A stretch of 64,000 bases of DNA from IMG/VR virus record IMGVR_UViG_3300025883_000003, positions 34,087 to 98,086 of that record; one strand, 5' to 3'. Below are positions 28,112 through 37,175 of the stretch, piece after piece. Position 1 is the first letter of the stretch. Each line of letters opens with the position of its first letter. The notes beneath the pieces were generated by a model, which worked only from the letters and a program-made list of their open reading frames with translations, ran no database searches and had not been told where the DNA came from. A program made the position numbers and the translations under genes. The DNA comes from a virus.

Positions 28112-29026
28112 ATGCGCGCACTGGTTTTAGGGGGCGGGGGTAGCAAGGGGCCGTACCATTTGGGTGCGATCACCACGTTGCTATCCCAAGGATATCGGTT
28201 CGATCTATTCGCGGGCGTGAGCGTGGGGGCGCTCGTCGCCGCGTATCTGGCGCAGTTCGATGATCGCGAAGTGCTCATGGGGCACCGTGCGCTGGTCGAT
28301 ACCATGCTGCGCGTGAACACGCGGGATATCTGGCGCAACTGGAAGTTCTGGCGCCGCGCCGCGGGCATGTGGAAGTCGAGCATCTACAACTCCAAGGGGC
28401 TTCACCGGCTCATCGATAAGAGCATCGATCCAAAGAAGGTGCGGGAGAGCGGAAAGAAGCTGCGCATCGGGGCCGTGGATCTCTACAGCCGGGGCTACAC
28501 GATCTTCGATGAGAACTACGTTCCGCTCACCAAAGCCATTGCAGCGAGCGCATCGATTCCGTTCGCGTTCAGTCCGGTGGCGATGGGGGAGAGCCTTTGG
28601 ATCGATGGGGGTGTGCGCAGTGTCACGCCGTTGGCGTCGGCCATTGAAGCGGGGGCCACCGAAGTCGTCGCGATCACCTTGCAAGCCAAGAACCCGAGCT
28701 TGCGGTTCGAAAAGAAACCCAACGCGCTCGACATTGGGCTCCGCTCGATTGATCTCATGAGCGATGAAATCGTCGCCAAGGATATCAAGATCGCGCAGCT
28801 CTACACGAAGGTCCGAAGCCTTGAGCTACAGCTCGCCGGGGCCACCGGGCGCTCGCTCGATAAGACCACGAACAAGCGGGCCGTGCATGTGCTCCACATC
28901 CGGCCGGAGTTGGGGCTGAACGAGGATAGCTCTGTGTTCGATCCCGCCGAAGCGGCACGGCTCTACCAGCAAGGCCAGGAAGACGCGCGTCACGCGGTGC
29001 TTGCGGACGTGCCCTTGACTACCTAA
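28112..29026 (+). CDS. Patatin-like phospholipase
   Basis: LVLGGGGSKG, nucleophile GVSVG, ASASIP, catalytic DGG. Confidence 0.92.
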   Translation: MRALVLGGGGSKGPYHLGAITTLLSQGYRFDLFAGVSVGALVAAYLAQFDDREVLMGHRALVDTMLRVNTRDIWRNWKFWRRAAGMWKSSIYNSKGLHRLIDKSIDPKKVRESGKKLRIGAVDLYSRGYTIFDENYVPLTKAIAASASIPFAFSPVAMGESLWIDGGVRSVTPLASAIEAGATEVVAITLQAKNPSLRFEKKPNALDIGLRSIDLMSDEIVAKDIKIAQLYTKVRSLELQLAGATGRSLDKTTNKRAVHVLHIRPELGLNEDSSVFDPAEAARLYQQGQEDARHAVLADVPLTT

Positions 29027-29050
29027 CCGACCGTATACTATCGTGGGATA

Positions 29051-29719
29051 ATGACCGCGGAGCCATACCCTTGGGAGCGTGAAGCCGACGAATACGAAGG
29101 CGAGTCGGGCGGGTTCAAGGTTCGGCTTCGGCGGAACACGGAAATGGGCACGTGGTGCGGCTACATCATTATCCCCGAAGAGCATCCGTGGCATGGGCTT
29201 TCGTACGGCGATCTCGAAGAAAGCGGCGTGACCGTGCACGGCGGGGTCACGTACACAGGCGATGACATATTCCATGAAGAGTGGGCGGTCGGCTTTGACT
29301 GCGGGCACGCCTTTGACCTGATCCCCATGTTCGTAAGCGGGAAGTTCGCGGGCTCCGCACTCGAAACCATGAACGCAGGCACGTACCGGGACATGGCGTA
29401 CGTGCTCGATGAGTGCCGGCAGTTGGCCGTGCAAGCGGGCAAGGTGTTCACGCCGCCGCCGTTACCGCGCTCGACCGATCCGCTCGACCGTTCCGATGAC
29501 GAGCTGCGCCAAGCCTTGCGCGCGTTGCGTGGGGAAGCAGAGCCCGAGCCCAAACCGGAGCCCGTTCTCGATCCCGTGACGGGCACACCGCTTGAGTACA
29601 CCCGCGAAATGGGCGAGACCGATGCGGAGTTCAAGCGGCGTATCATCGAAGATAACGCGCGCGTGGCTGCGGGCATGGCGCCCCGTCGCCGTCGTGTGGA
29701 GCGCAAAGACCCATGGTAG
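29051..29719 (+). CDS. Conserved phage hypothetical protein
   Basis: WCGYI...HPWHG...VHGGVTY...VGFDCGH...YRDMAYV domain; GGGATAATG start; SDDELRQALRALRG motif. Confidence 0.75.
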   Translation: MTAEPYPWEREADEYEGESGGFKVRLRRNTEMGTWCGYIIIPEEHPWHGLSYGDLEESGVTVHGGVTYTGDDIFHEEWAVGFDCGHAFDLIPMFVSGKFAGSALETMNAGTYRDMAYVLDECRQLAVQAGKVFTPPPLPRSTDPLDRSDDELRQALRALRGEAEPEPKPEPVLDPVTGTPLEYTREMGETDAEFKRRIIEDNARVAAGMAPRRRRVERKDPW

Positions 29720-30441
29720 AGGAAGACACCACCGGGCTGAGCGATGACGCGCTGCGAGACCGCTTGCGGGTGCTTCGTGGGGAGCCTGTACCCGAGCCCG
29801 CTCCAACGCCGGTTCCGGCTCCGATGCCCGCGTTCGCAATGCCTGATTTGCGCCCGTACGGGTTGCAGCCCTTGGAGATCACCGCGACCAAAGACGGCGT
29901 GTACGATTCGATTCGCTACGAAATGCGGGCGCGCGTGGTGACCGATGAGGGGCGCAACCGTGTTTTGGCGTCCATCCGAGGGAACACCCCGATGCACATG
30001 CCCGACGTGTTCCCGATTATCGAGAGCGATGGGGTGATCGCCACGCGCTACGATAGCGACAACGAGGAAGTGACCTTGCAAGCGGTGATCAGTCTCGAAG
30101 AGATCGTGGACGCGGCGACGCCGCCGCGCACCCGGAAGCCGAGCCCCAAGCCCGCGGGATGGCCGATGCTGATCGTGGGCCGGCGGGAACGGGCCGAAGA
30201 CTTCGCGCGGTCCCAAGGGCTCGACAAAAAGGATTGGCGGTGGGTCCGCACGCCGCGCGATTTGCTGGGCTTCATGGGGCGGGACGCGCACATGCGTGTG
30301 CTCGATGAGGGCCACCCGCTTACCTCGCGCGAGCTAGAAGAGCTGTTGGAGCTTGCCAAGGATCGCGGCATTCACACGGAAATGGTGACGTTCGGTCCCG
30401 AGCACGAGCGCGACCCCCTTTCGTGGGCTCGCAAGCTGTGA
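29713..30441 (+). CDS. Hypothetical protein with N-terminal LSDDALRDRLRVLRG motif
   Basis: Coupled to upstream gene. Confidence 0.7.
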   Translation: MVEEDTTGLSDDALRDRLRVLRGEPVPEPAPTPVPAPMPAFAMPDLRPYGLQPLEITATKDGVYDSIRYEMRARVVTDEGRNRVLASIRGNTPMHMPDVFPIIESDGVIATRYDSDNEEVTLQAVISLEEIVDAATPPRTRKPSPKPAGWPMLIVGRRERAEDFARSQGLDKKDWRWVRTPRDLLGFMGRDAHMRVLDEGHPLTSRELEELLELAKDRGIHTEMVTFGPEHERDPLSWARKL

Positions 30442-30538
30442 TTATCCTTTGGCCGCGGCAGTGGCTTGGGTGCCTTGCACGCTTCGTTCAACTCCCCCCA
30501 TTTGCTCATTCCAAACAGTGTGCCGTATCCTGAGCCCC

Positions 30539-30964
30539 ATGCCCCCCGATGAGAGCACCGAAGAGCTAAGCGACTTCGAGCTGACGCAACGGCTTCGCGC
30601 GGCTCGTGGGCAGCCCCCACTGCCCGACCCTGAGAGCATCGAAGCCAAGTTGCGTGCTGGCGCGGAAGCCATGATCGAAGAGCACCGCGGTATCCGCGGC
30701 ATTGACTACTCGCGCATCGTGATTGACGATCCCATCCCGATCGCCATCCCGGCGCCCTTCGTTGGCACACCGCCGATCCCCTACAAGTGGCCGGTCAAGT
30801 ACAAGCACGGGCCGGTCAAGTACAAGCACGGCACGATGAAGATTGGCGACGGGCCGATCGTTTCCATCGGCAGTACGAGTGACAACGCCATCGCGCTCGC
30901 CGCCGGGCCGATGACGAGCGGCACGGTCACGGGAAGGCTCAAGGCGTGGACCGGCAAAAAGTAA
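30539..30964 (+). CDS. Hypothetical protein with LSDFELTQRLRAARG motif
   Basis: ATG 30539 in frame with ORF 30449..30964. Confidence 0.6.
   Translation: MPPDESTEELSDFELTQRLRAARGQPPLPDPESIEAKLRAGAEAMIEEHRGIRGIDYSRIVIDDPIPIAIPAPFVGTPPIPYKWPVKYKHGPVKYKHGTMKIGDGPIVSIGSTSDNAIALAAGPMTSGTVTGRLKAWTGKK
30790..30831 (+). repeat. 2 x 21-bp perfect tandem duplication (PVKYKHG)
   Basis: gccggtcaagtacaagcacgg twice. Confidence 0.9.
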
Positions 30965-31161
30965 CCGACGCGGCTATCGAGCTAGCGGAAGCGACGCTCG
31001 ACATGCTGAGCCATCGCAATGCGCATCCGGTGTTGCACGTGAAACGAGCCTATCGTGCCGAAGTGACTGCGGACAAAGAAGCGCTGTTCCTGCAAAAGCT
31101 CGTGACCTATCAACAGCGCAAGCGGTGGCTCGCAAGCAAACCCCCTGAAGAACGTGTATAA
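30946..31161 (+). CDS. Hypothetical protein
   Basis: Operon context. Confidence 0.5.
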   Translation: MDRQKVTDAAIELAEATLDMLSHRNAHPVLHVKRAYRAEVTADKEALFLQKLVTYQQRKRWLASKPPEERV

Positions 31162-31175
31162 AGCCCGCGGGGGCC

Positions 31176-31388
31176 ATGGAATTAGAGACGTTCGTGGAGC
31201 ATGCAGGGCGCTACGTGCACTTGCAGAAGAAGCTCACCCGAAAAGCCTTGCTGCAAGCGCTGGACGGGCACGATAGTCTGCATCCTGACGATGCGGATGC
31301 GTTGGCTGATTTTCTCGAAGAGCTGAGTGCGGACCTAAGCGATGAGGGGGCCACGCTCCGTTTGGCTGACGTGTTGCGTAGAGGATAA
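31176..31388 (+). CDS. Hypothetical protein
   Basis: GGGGG RBS; operon context. Confidence 0.6.
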   Translation: MELETFVEHAGRYVHLQKKLTRKALLQALDGHDSLHPDDADALADFLEELSADLSDEGATLRLADVLRRG

Positions 31389-31398
31389 TCAAGAGCCG

Positions 31399-31599
31399 AT
31401 GACCGAAGTGGGGATATTGATGGTCGATTCAACCGAACCGTTGCGGTGCCTCGTGACGAACAATGCGTGTGGGACCGATACCCAACACGCATGCGAGTGC
31501 CCGGCGTGCCAACTTCATGCGAAGTTCGATGAGACCTTCGATGACAGCACCGTGCCTGAGCCGCCCATTGAATGGCAGGCGCCAGGGGGCAGTCTGTGA
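31399..31599 (+). CDS. Small Cys-rich protein
   Basis: C..C..CECPAC; preceded by AGGATAA. Confidence 0.55.
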   Translation: MTEVGILMVDSTEPLRCLVTNNACGTDTQHACECPACQLHAKFDETFDDSTVPEPPIEWQAPGGSL

Positions 31600-31997
31600 G
31601 TCATCCGGTGCAAGACGCCTTCGACAAGATCAATGACCGCCGCGTGGCGCTGATTGCGCGCAAGCACACGCCCGGTGTCAAACTTACCCCGGAACAAACG
31701 CGGGAGCTGGCGGCGTTGGAGCCGCGGTGCCTTGCGGTGGTCAACGCGCTGTTCCCGCTCCCGAGTCTCGAAGAGCGGGCCAAGCTCTTGGGGCTGCCCG
31801 TGCCGGATAAGCACGTGGACGAGCGCCAGCTCGAAATGCTGTACGCATGCGCGCCGCCTGATTGCGCATGGTGCGGCGAAGCGCACGAGGGTGGGCCGGA
31901 GCATTGCGCGAGCCCGTTCTGCGAGGATAATCAGAGGGAGCCGGAGGGGGCTGCCGGGGCCGAAAATCGCCTAGGCTGCCGATCGGGACCGTCTTAG
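31596..31997 (+). CDS. Hypothetical protein with C-terminal Cys/His cluster
   Basis: CAWCGEAHEGGPEHC; GTGA overlap. Confidence 0.55.
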   Translation: MSHPVQDAFDKINDRRVALIARKHTPGVKLTPEQTRELAALEPRCLAVVNALFPLPSLEERAKLLGLPVPDKHVDERQLEMLYACAPPDCAWCGEAHEGGPEHCASPFCEDNQREPEGAAGAENRLGCRSGPS

Positions 31998-32411
31998 ATG
32001 GCCCGAAAAAAGATATCGACGACCGTTTACGTAGAGCCCGAGCAAGACGGCGCGCTCAAAAGGTTGCGAGATCGCACAGGAATCCCGATGGCCGTCCTTA
32101 TCCGCGACGCCATCGATTCGATGCTTCGACGCTGGGAGAACGACCATGACGTGCTCGACCACGTTGATCAGCTTCTCGCCGAAAAGCGCCAAGAGGCTGA
32201 CGATCAAGCCCGCCATCCCGATCTCATGGTCGAAGAGCTAGACGTGCTCGCCGAGCATTGCCGGCAAGTTGAGCTAGAGCGGGATCAGTGCCGGAACCTC
32301 GTGGAGCACTATCGAGCCGCGCTCAGAGGGGTCCAGAACCGCCTAGGCGAGCTTCTGACGGCTTCCCCGAGCTTCTACCTAGCCCAAGACGATGAAACCA
32401 AAGAGCCCTGA
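31998..32411 (+). CDS. Ribbon-helix-helix DNA-binding protein with coiled-coil tail
   Basis: MARKKISTTVYVEPEQDGALKRLRDRTGIPMAVLIRDAIDSML. Confidence 0.82.
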   Translation: MARKKISTTVYVEPEQDGALKRLRDRTGIPMAVLIRDAIDSMLRRWENDHDVLDHVDQLLAEKRQEADDQARHPDLMVEELDVLAEHCRQVELERDQCRNLVEHYRAALRGVQNRLGELLTASPSFYLAQDDETKEP

Positions 32412-32420
32412 GAGCGCCTT

Positions 32421-32618
32421 GTGATACCCCCAGAAGAGATTTTGCGAGAACGCATTCTTCGGGCCAAGGAAATGGTGCTGCGCTTGCAGTCCCAAACGGC
32501 GAATCAACAGCGATTCATCGAAGAGCTAGAGCGTATGTATCGCGAGCACTACATGCCCGAAGAGCCGGAGCCCGGCGAAGCCGACACGGCACGGCACAAG
32601 ATCGTTCCGAAACGGTAA
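32421..32618 (+). CDS. Small coiled-coil protein
   Basis: Operon context. Confidence 0.55.
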   Translation: MIPPEEILRERILRAKEMVLRLQSQTANQQRFIEELERMYREHYMPEEPEPGEADTARHKIVPKR

Positions 32619-32659
32619 AGCGCTCGCCCATACCGCCGCTTGCGTGGTAGTTCGGGGCG

Positions 32660-33010
32660 ATGGCAAAGCAGCTCGATCTGGACTTCACCAAAGCACGCCG
32701 CGATCAAACCCTTCCGTACGCGAAAGGCGTGGACACGAGCAGAGCCGCGGCGTCGGATGCGCGGCCTACAGCCGGGGCGATTCGCGTGAATATATTCAGG
32801 GCGATTCTTGCGAGTCAGCGTAGGGGTTACATCGCCGATGAGCTGGTAGCCGAAGGGCTTGCCTATTCGCAGTCTGCATCGCCGCGTTTGCAAGAGCTGC
32901 GCAAGATGGGGCTCATCGTGCGCACCAAACGGATGCGACCAACGCGCACGGGAAAGAACGCCTACGTGCACGTAGCCACGGAGTTCTATGTGCCCGTCGA
33001 AGACGACTGA
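32660..33010 (+). CDS. Winged-helix DNA-binding protein
   Basis: GYIADEL...SASPRLQELRKMGLIV...RPTRTGKNAYV. Confidence 0.7.
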   Translation: MAKQLDLDFTKARRDQTLPYAKGVDTSRAAASDARPTAGAIRVNIFRAILASQRRGYIADELVAEGLAYSQSASPRLQELRKMGLIVRTKRMRPTRTGKNAYVHVATEFYVPVEDD

Positions 33011-33346
33011 AAATCTCCCTTGGCGTCGCCCGTGCTTGAATCTGATCCCGTGTGAGGGGGTCACGCTGAACCCGACCTGTTTTTGCGCGTCGGGCGACCA
33101 CCAAGGAAGGGGGAATGACCCCACACTAAGCGTGGGCCGACCTAGTGTCAACGTGTGTGCTGGGTACTAAGATCAGTGGGTTTTAGTAGCAGGCTAGTAC
33201 CTAGCAGCTCGACACGAGCGCGTAGAGGATAAGGCCGGCGGCCAAGGCCAAGCCGAGCACGGTTTCGAGGTCCATGCGCCAAGACTACGTGAGCCGGCGG
33301 GGCCGCGCAGCATACGGTAAGCTCTTGCGCTGGGGGGACACAACGC

Positions 33347-33436
33347 ATGCCTACCGAAGAGCGGAACGCATTAGCCTTGCTCATGATCACCGGCATGGTG
33401 ATCATCGCGTATCAGACCGTGGCGCTAGGATGGTGA
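33347..33436 (+). CDS. Putative 29-aa single-TM microprotein (MPTEERNALALLMITGMVIIAYQTVALGW)
   Basis: GGGGGA RBS 8 nt upstream; hydrophobic core; too short for the ORF track. Confidence 0.4.
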   Translation: MPTEERNALALLMITGMVIIAYQTVALGW

Positions 33437-33682
33437 CGGCGTGTCGCGGGTCGTCCGTATATCCCCGGTCTCAATGAACACGAGGGCCAGATCGTCGGAA
33501 CATTCTTCGGCGTAGAAGCCTGAGACGCCATTGAGACCGGGGCGGAACAGAAGCCAGCCGCGTTTGGTGTACCGGGCGAAGCGATCGCCGTTGGTAACGC
33601 TCAAATGCGGTGTGCCGATTTGCACGCCACCACCCACGTCCGTGAACGCCTCTTGGAGTTGGTGCATGCGGTCGGGGGACAT
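33425..33682 (-). CDS. Hypothetical protein
   Basis: Last gene of the - strand block. Confidence 0.5.
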   Translation of the reverse strand: MSPDRMHQLQEAFTDVGGGVQIGTPHLSVTNGDRFARYTKRGWLLFRPGLNGVSGFYAEECSDDLALVFIETGDIRTTRDTPSPS

Positions 33683-33739
33683 GACGGGGATCGCCTTTCA
33701 GTCTCCGTTCTACGTCCCGCGCATAAAATGCGCCAGACC

Positions 33740-33940
33740 CTAGTTTGCGGACCCGCCCTTGATCGGGATGGTCGCGCCGTCCGCGTCGCCTTTGGATGCG
33801 GGGCACAAGCACTCGAAAAACAGCCGCCATCGCGAGCCGCTTTTGGTGACGTAGCTGGGCGTGTAGTTCGCGTACTCCGCGATCAGCCCATCGATGGACG
33901 AGTGGCCGGGGAGGGGCTTGCTCAAGTCGAGGGGGCTCAT
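33740..33940 (-). CDS. Hypothetical protein
   Basis: ATGA overlap with upstream gene. Confidence 0.55.
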   Translation of the reverse strand: MSPLDLSKPLPGHSSIDGLIAEYANYTPSYVTKSGSRWRLFFECLCPASKGDADGATIPIKGGSAN

Positions 33941-34215
33941 GACTCTTCTGCTTTCCGCAGATCGTTGATCAGCGCATCCAAGTGGTTCAGCTCAGCCCAA
34001 TCGCGATCCGTGAGGATATCGGCGGAGCATTGCGTCGTGAGCTTGCGGTGCTTGAGCCAGGCAAGTGCGTCGTGATTGTCGCCGCTCACGTCGCCGTCTT
34101 GGGCGATCAGCAAGGCGTTGCGCACGAATCCGGGCAGCCCGTTGAAAAAGCGAATGCGCTCATCGGTGGCGGCGAAGCGGGTTTCGTCTTCGTTGGTCCA
34201 GCTTTTGTCGATCAT
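33937..34215 (-). CDS. Hypothetical protein
   Basis: Directly downstream of the 34268 promoter cassette. Confidence 0.7.
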   Translation of the reverse strand: MIDKSWTNEDETRFAATDERIRFFNGLPGFVRNALLIAQDGDVSGDNHDALAWLKHRKLTTQCSADILTDRDWAELNHLDALINDLRKAEES

Positions 34216-34268
34216 GGTCTCGTCGTCCCTTCACCCTAAGTATACGACGGACCGTATAGTTGTGTCAA
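34213..34268 (-). promoter_or_regulatory. Promoter/leader cassette TTGACA-N18-TATACT, TATACGGTC box, TGAAGGGA RBS
   Basis: -35 at 34268-34263, -10 at 34244-34239. Confidence 0.8.
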
Positions 34269-34846
34269 GGGACCAGGGTTTTGGCCCCTTTGAAGCGGAA
34301 TTTGGGGCTCAAATTGGGGCGCAGCGTCACTTCGGTCATGCCCGCAGCGAGTAGGACTGCGCCGTAGCCTTCCGCCACATCGGTGGCCCATCCCCATGTA
34401 TCAAGTGTGGGACGCGGGTCGCCGTAGTCGCACCAAAGCCGCGCCGTACCGCGCTCGAAGACGCAGACGACGTGCCCCTTGCCCTTCTCGCCGGGCTTGG
34501 CGTACCACGCCGACGCGAACCACGCGCGGTCGGCGATCCCGCTTTGCAGCAAGGCGGTGCACCAATACATGGCGTGGTCATCGCAGTCACCAAACTCCGT
34601 GGCGCCTTCGTTGATCCGCTTCTGAAACTTGCGCGGGTCCATGAGCACATCGAGCACGCCGCGAAGTGGATCAGGCCGCCAGCCGTCGCCCCATCGCAGT
34701 GCTTCGGCGATCTCGCGCGTGTTCATGTAGTGGTCGATCTCCGGCCATCGCCGAAGTCGCGTAAGGTTCATGGTGAGCCCGTACCAAAGCGGCACGAGCA
34801 CGCGGTAGAGGCGCCTGTAGAACAAGCGCGCCAATCTGTTGAGCAT
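34265..34846 (-). CDS. Transglutaminase/papain-fold cysteine peptidase-like protein
   Basis: FGDCDDHAMYW (Cys), GHVVCVF (His), WCDYG (Asp); hydrophobic/basic N-terminus. Confidence 0.6.
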   Translation of the reverse strand: MLNRLARLFYRRLYRVLVPLWYGLTMNLTRLRRWPEIDHYMNTREIAEALRWGDGWRPDPLRGVLDVLMDPRKFQKRINEGATEFGDCDDHAMYWCTALLQSGIADRAWFASAWYAKPGEKGKGHVVCVFERGTARLWCDYGDPRPTLDTWGWATDVAEGYGAVLLAAGMTEVTLRPNLSPKFRFKGAKTLVP

Positions 34847-34870
34847 GGAAAGTTCCCCCTAGGCCAAAGC

Positions 34871-35170
34871 CTAGCGGGTGCCGGGGGTGTATCGCCACGG
34901 ACTAGGCCGGCAACCGGGGCCGATGGGATCGATCGTGTCGCGGTGCGCGAAGGTGAAGGTGCAGCGCAAGTCGGGGTGGCGGTTGTACCAATCGAACGCT
35001 TCACGGATCGGTTTGCCTGTGAAGCGTTTCAAGCTGGGGACGGTACGGAGGATAATGCCGTCGAGCACCATGCAGTCGACCTTGAGCGAAGCTGTGCGGA
35101 AGTGGGCGACGCCTGTGAAGTTGCCCCAACTGAACGTGCCGGATGAAGGGGGTCCGAAGTCTATCTCCAT
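34871..35170 (-). CDS. Hypothetical protein
   Basis: AAGGATAATG start. Confidence 0.65.
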   Translation of the reverse strand: MEIDFGPPSSGTFSWGNFTGVAHFRTASLKVDCMVLDGIILRTVPSLKRFTGKPIREAFDWYNRHPDLRCTFTFAHRDTIDPIGPGCRPSPWRYTPGTR

Positions 35171-35175
35171 TATCC

Positions 35176-35538
35176 TTAGCTCCCATGGTAGAGGCGTTCC
35201 ATCTGCCGGCTTCGGTCGATTTGGTGCGGGTCATCGAGTGCGGGGGCGAGCCGCATGATGCCTTGCTCGCGTTGGATGAACAGCTCGCTCTGCTTGTCGG
35301 GCCAGTCGTCCGGTACGAACATGCGGAAGCGCCCCGCGGGGCCGTGCACGTGTAGGGTTTTCAGTGTGCGCCGCGTGTACGTAGCGTCTTCGACGGGGAG
35401 TGCGTCGTAGCGCTCTTTGAGAAGCGGTCGTAGGCCGTGGAAGTCGCGGTCGGCGTACTGGTAGTGCCCGCCGTACTCCCCTTCGAGGATCATGGCCGTG
35501 CCGTTGTGGCGGATGGCGATGTAGCGGCCTTTGCCCAT
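35176..35538 (-). CDS. Hypothetical protein
   Basis: AAGGATAATG coupling. Confidence 0.7.
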   Translation of the reverse strand: MGKGRYIAIRHNGTAMILEGEYGGHYQYADRDFHGLRPLLKERYDALPVEDATYTRRTLKTLHVHGPAGRFRMFVPDDWPDKQSELFIQREQGIMRLAPALDDPHQIDRSRQMERLYHGS

Positions 35539-35747
35539 TATCCTTCGATGTGCTCTAGGTTGTCGGGTTGGGTTAGGAACGAGAAGCCGGGGGTCTCTTG
35601 CGGCTCGCCATTATCGTCGACGCGATCGATCTGCACGAGCACGGCGGGCTTGCCGCGTAGTGTGCTCGTGCGCATGACCGTGCCGCGCAGCTCGCCCGCG
35701 ACGGGGTGCAGTAGGCGAACACGGTCATGGGGCTCGAAGGTTTTCAT
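35538..35747 (-). CDS. Small SH3-like beta protein
   Basis: FEPHDRVRLL..RGTV...VLVQID; AAGGATAATG at both ends. Confidence 0.65.
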   Translation of the reverse strand: MKTFEPHDRVRLLHPVAGELRGTVMRTSTLRGKPAVLVQIDRVDDNGEPQETPGFSFLTQPDNLEHIEG

Positions 35748-36211
35748 TATCCTTTGGGGAGCATGAGGGTGGGCATCTTGCCGCCCTTGTATGCGGCTTC
35801 GAGCTTCGGCCCCATGTGCTCTCCGAGGGTCGAGCCATCGGGTAGCAAGAGGTCGGCCATAAACTCGCGCTCCGCCGTGCTCCCGCCGCCTTCGATGAGT
35901 TCTAGCTTCGCCTTGATCACGAGTAGCGTCGATCGCCAGCGTCGGCGCGTCTCTTGCTCGATGGCGGCGCTGAGCTGCGCTTCGGTGCGCTCACGTCCCG
36001 CCGCGGTCTCTGCGAAGTCGTCACGCTCCGGGTCGTCGACCGTCATTTTGACCATGCGCTCATCGAGCCGAAACTGCACAAGGCTCGCCCCTTGCCGCTC
36101 ATCCCAAGCGGTCAGAAAACCGTTGGCGCCGTGCTTGCGTAGCAGGCGTTCAATCTCGCTTTTGGAGCGTTCGATGGGGACGCTGGTTCCTTCGGCGAAT
36201 CGACGGGGCAT
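35747..36211 (-). CDS. Conserved phage hypothetical protein
   Basis: FAEGTSVPIERSKSEIERLL...RRWRSTLLVIKAKLE...LLLPDGSTLGE, a widespread pattern. Confidence 0.75.
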   Translation of the reverse strand: MPRRFAEGTSVPIERSKSEIERLLRKHGANGFLTAWDERQGASLVQFRLDERMVKMTVDDPERDDFAETAAGRERTEAQLSAAIEQETRRRWRSTLLVIKAKLELIEGGGSTAEREFMADLLLPDGSTLGEHMGPKLEAAYKGGKMPTLMLPKG

Positions 36212-36213
36212 GG

Positions 36214-36582
36214 TTATCCTTTGGCGAGCGTTTCTAACTCAGCTTGGGTCATGAACGCAATAGCCGCGACGGGCTCCGTATCCGGCACGAGATCCATGCC
36301 CAGATCGTGCTCGACTTGGGAGCCTTCCCCGTCTTCGCCGCTTAGGTCGAAGAGCACACCGCAGCCCCGCGCTTCCATGCCCTTGGCGACGGTATCGCAG
36401 CGCAAGCATCGGCGTTGCTCGTAGAAGCTCCCAGACTCCCGGTCGAGCCCCTTGCTGAAGCGGTGGAGCTGGCCCTTTTTGATGCCCGCGAAGCATGCCT
36501 CACAGGCGTGGTCTTTGCGCGCTCTGCGGAGCTTCCAAGTGAGCTGGCGCCAGTCGCAGTCGTCATAGTCCACGTCGCACAT
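36214..36582 (-). CDS. Zn-finger protein
   Basis: RARKDHACEAC...CLRC. Confidence 0.7.
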   Translation of the reverse strand: MCDVDYDDCDWRQLTWKLRRARKDHACEACFAGIKKGQLHRFSKGLDRESGSFYEQRRCLRCDTVAKGMEARGCGVLFDLSGEDGEGSQVEHDLGMDLVPDTEPVAAIAFMTQAELETLAKG

Positions 36583-36594
36583 GGTTATCCTTCC

Positions 36595-37155
36595 TTAGCG
36601 AAGCGTCGATTCTTTGTCCCACGGTTGGTCAAGCTCCCAATGCGCGAGCTTCACCTTCTTTTTGGCGCACTTCACGTTATCGAGGCGATAGCCCCCGGTT
36701 GGTCCTTTGTTGATCGTGACTTCCCACGTTTCGCCCAAGGCGCCGGGCTTCGGGATAACCAGTTGATCCCGCAGTGCTGCCCATAGCGCTGCCGCTGCAC
36801 CGCGTGCGGCGAGCTGCCCAAGGTGATCAGGGACTTGCAGGTACGTGTCGTACTCTTCCCCAAACGCATTTTGGGTTTCGAGGATAACCTTACGCATGGC
36901 GTCTTCGACTAGTAGCGAGCGAAACTCTTCGTATTCGGGTAGATGCGCGGGGAACACGTAGACCTGAATGGTCTCCCCGAATGGGGGATCGGCGTCCCAC
37001 ATATCGACGGCTCCGAGCACGGCAGCAACCGCCGCGTCGTGCTTGGTTTCGTCAAAGAAGGCGAACGGCGTATCGTCGCCTAGCATCGATGCGGTTTCGG
37101 GATCTGGGCTCAGCGCGGGGTAGACGCTAGCGATGAATTTAGGTTCGGCGCTCAT
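36595..37155 (-). CDS. Hypothetical protein
   Basis: AAAGGATAA upstream of ATG. Confidence 0.65.
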   Translation of the reverse strand: MSAEPKFIASVYPALSPDPETASMLGDDTPFAFFDETKHDAAVAAVLGAVDMWDADPPFGETIQVYVFPAHLPEYEEFRSLLVEDAMRKVILETQNAFGEEYDTYLQVPDHLGQLAARGAAAALWAALRDQLVIPKPGALGETWEVTINKGPTGGYRLDNVKCAKKKVKLAHWELDQPWDKESTLR

Positions 37156-37175
37156 GGGGGATTATCCTTTGGGGG

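Noticed and set aside
30442-30702. - strand ORF ending AAAGGATAA (AKG*), like the junction-array genes
   Set aside because: It overlaps the better-supported + strand gene 30539..30964 and has no RBS; only the motif is noted.
33011-33270. 6S RNA or SRP RNA
   Set aside because: No SRP GNRA/AGCAG motif and no long 6S-type rod with central bubble could be built by eye; kept only as a low-interest structured region.
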